A DNA stretch of 27,570 nt from contig JBDKFG010000079.1 in NCBI GenBank assembly GCA_039798785.1, forward strand, positions 1 to 27,570, read 5' to 3'. Within the stretch, counting starts at the first letter, position 1. Every line of letters starts with the position of its first letter. Shown piece after piece: positions 24,076 through 27,570 of this stretch. The notes beneath the pieces were generated by a model that was not told the DNA's origin, ran no database searches, and was given only the letters and a program-made list of their open reading frames with translations. This DNA is from Verrucomicrobiota bacterium. Lineage in GTDB: Bacteria > Verrucomicrobiota > Lentisphaeria > Lentisphaerales > Lentisphaeraceae. Made by a program: the position numbers and the translations under genes.

Positions 24076-26258
24076 GTTCAAACGTGATAGAGAGATATGA
24101 CGACCGCGTCGCCCGGCAGTTCCTCTGGGCTTCGGTGGTATTCGGTCTGGTGGCGATGCTGGGCGGCCTGGTGGTCGCCTGCCAATTGTTCCTCCCCGGC
24201 CTCGGTGGCGGCCTGGAGTGGCTGAGTTTCGGGCGTCTGCGACCGGTGCATACCAATGCGGTCATCTTCGCTTTTGTCGGCAATGCCATGTTCGCCGGCA
24301 TCTACCATTCGACCCAGCGCCTGTGCAAGCGCCGGATGTGGAGCGACGCGCTGACACGCTTCCATTTCTGGTCCTGGCAGGCGATCATCGTCAGCGCCGC
24401 CTTGACCCTGCCTCTCGGCCTGATCTCCGGCAAGGAGTATGCCGAGCTGGAATGGCCGATCGACATCGCCATCGCGGTGAGCTGGGTCGCCTTCGGGGTC
24501 AATCTGATGGGCACCATTTTCAAGCGCCGTGAGAAGCACATGTATGTGGCCCTGTGGTTCTACATCGCCACCTTCGTCACCGTCGCCCTGCTGCACGTGG
24601 TCAACTCGCTCGCCATCCCGGCTGGCATGTTCAAGAGCTACTCAGTCTTCGCCGGGGTCCAGGACGCCCTGGTGCAGTGGTGGTACGGCCACAACGCGGT
24701 CGCCTTCTTCCTCACCACGCCCTTCCTCGGCCTGATGTATTACTACCTGCCCAAGGCCGCGAACCGCCCGGTCTACAGCTACCGCCTGTCGATCATCCAC
24801 TTCTGGGCCCTGATCTTCATCTACATCTGGGCCGGCCCGCACCACCTCCTCAACTCGTCGCTGCCGGAGTGGTGCCAGTCGCTCGGCATGGTCTTCTCGG
24901 TGATGCTGATCGCCCCGAGCTGGGGCGGCATGCTCAACGGCCTGCTCACCCTGCGCGGTGCCTGGGATCGCGTCCGCAACGACCCCGTCCTGAAGTTCTT
25001 CGTCGTCGCCGTCACTGCCTACGGCATGGCCACCTTCGAAGGCCCGCTGATGTCGATCAAGGCAGTCAACGGCCTGTCGCACTACACCGACTGGACCGTC
25101 GCCCACACTCACATCGGCGGCATGGGTTGGAACGGCTGCATGGTCTTCGCCCTGCTTTACTTCCTGATTCCGAAGTTCTACCGCACCGAGCTCTACAGCA
25201 AGGCGGCGGCCGAATGGCACTTCTGGCTCTCTCTCCTCGGCATCGCCATCTACGCCGTGCCGATGTACTGGGCCGGCATCACCCAGGGCCTGATGTGGCG
25301 CCAGTTCGACGCCAACGGCGCGCTTGCCCACCCCAACTTCCTTCTCACCGTCACCGAGATCATCCCGATGTACGTCCTCCGCGCCATCGGCGGCCTCCTC
25401 TACTTCGTCGGCGCCGTGATCATGACCTGGAACCTGATCAAGACCGCCGCCTCGGCCAAGGAATCTCCGCGCGATGAAGAGGCCTCGGTGCCTGCCGCCG
25501 CCATCGATCACGACGCTGGCCACGCAGCTCCCGCCGGCTTCATGTACCGCCACCGCTGGCTCGAAGGCAAGGCCGTGCTCTTCACCGTCCTCACCGTCGG
25601 CGCCGTCGCCGTCGGCGGCGCGGTCCAGATCATCCCGATGATGCTGATCAAGAACAACGTTCCGACCATCGCCGAAGTCAAGCCCTACACCGCGCTGGAG
25701 CAGTACGGACGCGACATCTACGTCCGCGACAACTGCGCCGTCTGCCACTCGCAAATGGTCCGTCCCTTCCGCCACGAGACCGAACGCTACGGCGAATATT
25801 CGAAATCAGGCGAGTTCATCTACGACCGCCCCTTCCTCTGGGGCTCGAAGCGGATCGGTCCTGACCTGCACCGCATGGCCCAGCGCAACCTGTCGAACCA
25901 GTGGCAGCTCGAGCACCTGATCGATCCCCAGTCGGCTTCCCCCAAGACCGTCATGCCGACCTACAAATATCTGCTTGACAAGAAGATCGATGCGGCAGTG
26001 TTGCGCAGCTCGGTGAAAGCCCTGAGCAAGCTCGGCTGCTATGAAAAAGGCTACGATCAGGGCGCCTGCGTCGACGACGCGATGAAGCAGGCCCAGGCCA
26101 TCGCCGCGGACATCCGCAAGGCCTACGCCGCCCAGCAGAAAAAGCCGGTCGAATTCGCCGACGACGCCGAGATGCTCGCCCTCATCGCCTACCTGCAGCG
26201 CCTCGGCCGCGACATCATGCCCAAAACCGCAGCACCCCAGGAAGGAGCCGGAAAATGA
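24072..26258 (+). CDS. ccoNO: cbb3-type cytochrome c oxidase fused subunits I/II
   Basis: GRLRPVHTN, QWWYGHNAV, WAGPHH and AHTH belong to CcoN. CAVCHSQMVRP, WGSKRIGPDL and VMP belong to CcoO. Confidence 0.96.
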   Translation: MSSNVIERYDDRVARQFLWASVVFGLVAMLGGLVVACQLFLPGLGGGLEWLSFGRLRPVHTNAVIFAFVGNAMFAGIYHSTQRLCKRRMWSDALTRFHFWSWQAIIVSAALTLPLGLISGKEYAELEWPIDIAIAVSWVAFGVNLMGTIFKRREKHMYVALWFYIATFVTVALLHVVNSLAIPAGMFKSYSVFAGVQDALVQWWYGHNAVAFFLTTPFLGLMYYYLPKAANRPVYSYRLSIIHFWALIFIYIWAGPHHLLNSSLPEWCQSLGMVFSVMLIAPSWGGMLNGLLTLRGAWDRVRNDPVLKFFVVAVTAYGMATFEGPLMSIKAVNGLSHYTDWTVAHTHIGGMGWNGCMVFALLYFLIPKFYRTELYSKAAAEWHFWLSLLGIAIYAVPMYWAGITQGLMWRQFDANGALAHPNFLLTVTEIIPMYVLRAIGGLLYFVGAVIMTWNLIKTAASAKESPRDEEASVPAAAIDHDAGHAAPAGFMYRHRWLEGKAVLFTVLTVGAVAVGGAVQIIPMMLIKNNVPTIAEVKPYTALEQYGRDIYVRDNCAVCHSQMVRPFRHETERYGEYSKSGEFIYDRPFLWGSKRIGPDLHRMAQRNLSNQWQLEHLIDPQSASPKTVMPTYKYLLDKKIDAAVLRSSVKALSKLGCYEKGYDQGACVDDAMKQAQAIAADIRKAYAAQQKKPVEFADDAEMLALIAYLQRLGRDIMPKTAAPQEGAGK

Positions 26259-26434
26259 TCAAGGAAATCCTCTGCGACGGCAATGCCTTCGCCCTCTGCG
26301 GCATCATCGCCCTGCTCGCCTTCTTTGCCACCTTCACCATTGAAAGCCTCCTCGCCTTCCTCCTCACCAGCAGCCACGCCGAGCACATGGCGAAACTGCC
26401 CTTGGAGGAAAGCGAAACCCCGGGAGACCGCTGA
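26255..26434 (+). CDS. ccoQ: CcoQ-like small subunit
   Basis: Hand translation MIKEILCDGNAFALCGIIALLAFFATFTIESLLAFLLTSSHAEHMAKLPLEE... Single TM segment and MAxLPL tail. ATGA-coupled to ccoNO and ends 1 bp before ccoP. Confidence 0.72.
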   Translation: MIKEILCDGNAFALCGIIALLAFFATFTIESLLAFLLTSSHAEHMAKLPLEESETPGDR

Positions 26435-26435
26435 C

Positions 26436-27332
26436 ATGAATCAAGAACCCAAGAAAGACTTCGTTCCCGGCGACGAGAAGCTCATGCATGGCCATGATTA
26501 CGACGGTATCCAGGAGCTCGACAACGACCTGCCCACCTGGTGGCTGATCATGTTCTGGGGCTGCATCGTCTGGGGCGTCCTTTACATGGTCTACGTCCAC
26601 TGCATGGGCAAGTGGGGCATCGACGACGAATACAAGGCGGAAGTCGCCGCCGAAGTCCAGCGCAAGGACGCCCAGAAGGCCAGCCTCGGTCAGCTTAGCG
26701 ACGCCGAGCGGGGCAAGCTCCTCGCCGAGCAGGGCAAAGGCCTCTTCGCCGCCAAATGCGCCGTCTGTCACCGCGCCGATGGCGGCGGCACCGCGGTCTT
26801 CCCGAACTTGAGCGATGATGTCGCCATCTACGGATTCAATCCGGAAGACATCAAGGGCATCATCACCAAGGGGTCGCCCCGCGGGATGCCGCCGCAGATG
26901 CTCAATCCTGAAGAGCTGGAGGCCTTGACCGCCTTCGTTATCAGCCTGAAAGGAACCAACGCCCCCGGGGGTGCCCCACCACAAGGCCCGCTGCAGAAGG
27001 AGGCCGCTCCGGCTGCCGCGCCAGCTCCTGCCGCCGGTGCAGATCCGAAGATCACTGCCGCCTTGGGCAAGGCGGGAATGTGCGCCGGTTGCCATCAGTC
27101 CGAAGCCGCGGGCCTCGGTCCGTCGCTGAAGGCAATCCAGGCCCGTCTCGGCAAGGATGAGGCCTTGTTCAAAGGCGCGGTCGACAACATTCTGAACGGC
27201 ACCATCGGCAAGCCCAGCCAATACGGCCTGCCCGCCACCTCGATCATGCCGCCCAACAACGCCATGCTCAGCCGCGAAGAGGCGGAGCTGATCCTCCGTC
27301 ACCTCCTCGCCACCGGCAAGCTGACGCCCTGA
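26436..27332 (+). CDS. ccoP: cbb3-type cytochrome c oxidase subunit III with two c-heme domains
   Basis: Start at ATG 26436 after GGGAG. HDYDGIQELDNDLPTWW N-terminal motif, CAVCH...GMPP and CAGCH...IMPP. Confidence 0.9.
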   Translation: MNQEPKKDFVPGDEKLMHGHDYDGIQELDNDLPTWWLIMFWGCIVWGVLYMVYVHCMGKWGIDDEYKAEVAAEVQRKDAQKASLGQLSDAERGKLLAEQGKGLFAAKCAVCHRADGGGTAVFPNLSDDVAIYGFNPEDIKGIITKGSPRGMPPQMLNPEELEALTAFVISLKGTNAPGGAPPQGPLQKEAAPAAAPAPAAGADPKITAALGKAGMCAGCHQSEAAGLGPSLKAIQARLGKDEALFKGAVDNILNGTIGKPSQYGLPATSIMPPNNAMLSREEAELILRHLLATGKLTP

Positions 27333-27348
27333 GCCCAGTTGCTGAATC

Positions 27349-27382
27349 CGCAAAGACCGCAGCGCCAGCTGCGGTCTTTGCG
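27349..27382 (+). terminator. Perfect 15-bp hairpin after ccoP (terminator or REP-like palindrome)
   Basis: CGCAAAGACCGCAGC-GCCA-GCTGCGGTCTTTGCG. No long U-tract follows. Confidence 0.5.
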
Positions 27383-27522
27383 TGCCCGAGAAAAGTCGAA
27401 CTCGGCCCCACTCGTATCCAAGATGCCTCACGAGTCATGCGGGGAACCCCTGCAAAAAAGCTTCCAGTCTGGATTATCCTCGATTCCGAAGTTGAAGCTG
27501 TGAGTCAGCCTTCAGTCTTGAA

Positions 27523-27570
27523 TGTTAAATCTTTGATTTTGTTCGCGTTCTGTTGAATCTTGAATTTTGA
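27523..27570. repeat. Heptamer-based repeat element, copy 2 (runs off the window end)
   Basis: Exact 48-bp reverse complement of 20222-20269. Confidence 0.88.

Noticed and set aside
26283..26435. N-terminal extension of ccoP in the ORF track
   Set aside because: Overlaps the ccoQ-like gene in another frame. ATG 26436 has an RBS and matches the CcoP N-terminus.

Overview
GC-rich bacterial chromosomal window. A PVC-type host (Lentisphaerae/Verrucomicrobia-like) is only an inference from gene content. Bases 1-19.5 kb are mostly housekeeping genes: a transglutaminase-like lipoprotein, GH31 glycosidase, zinc-ribbon membrane protein, tsaB, dedA, OleD-like SDR, dus, a membrane Ser/Thr kinase, MalY/PatB, rnz and radC. 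Two items in this stretch stand out. One is a single 802-aa ORF fusing a complete ferrochelatase (HemH) to a 12-TM TetA/DHA1-type MFS antiporter through a Cys-rich linker; this is the best candidate for an undescribed system (coupled heme synthesis and transport). The other is a broken four-helix-bundle/zinc-finger gene directly behind it. At 19.6-21.2 kb, tRNA-Arg(CCG) is followed by an integrase-like remnant, a partly duplicated and decayed tRNA array (Gln/Asn/CAT/Ser) and an uncalled Ser/Cys/Met-rich small ORF. Next come a PadR + HAAS-type membrane protein pair with a visible promoter and operator-like sites, and a cbb3 oxidase operon ccoS-ccoNO-ccoQ-ccoP (ccoS and ccoQ are not in the ORF track). 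A 48-bp exact inverted repeat links 20222-20269 with the window end. All calls come from reading motifs by eye; no database searches were run.
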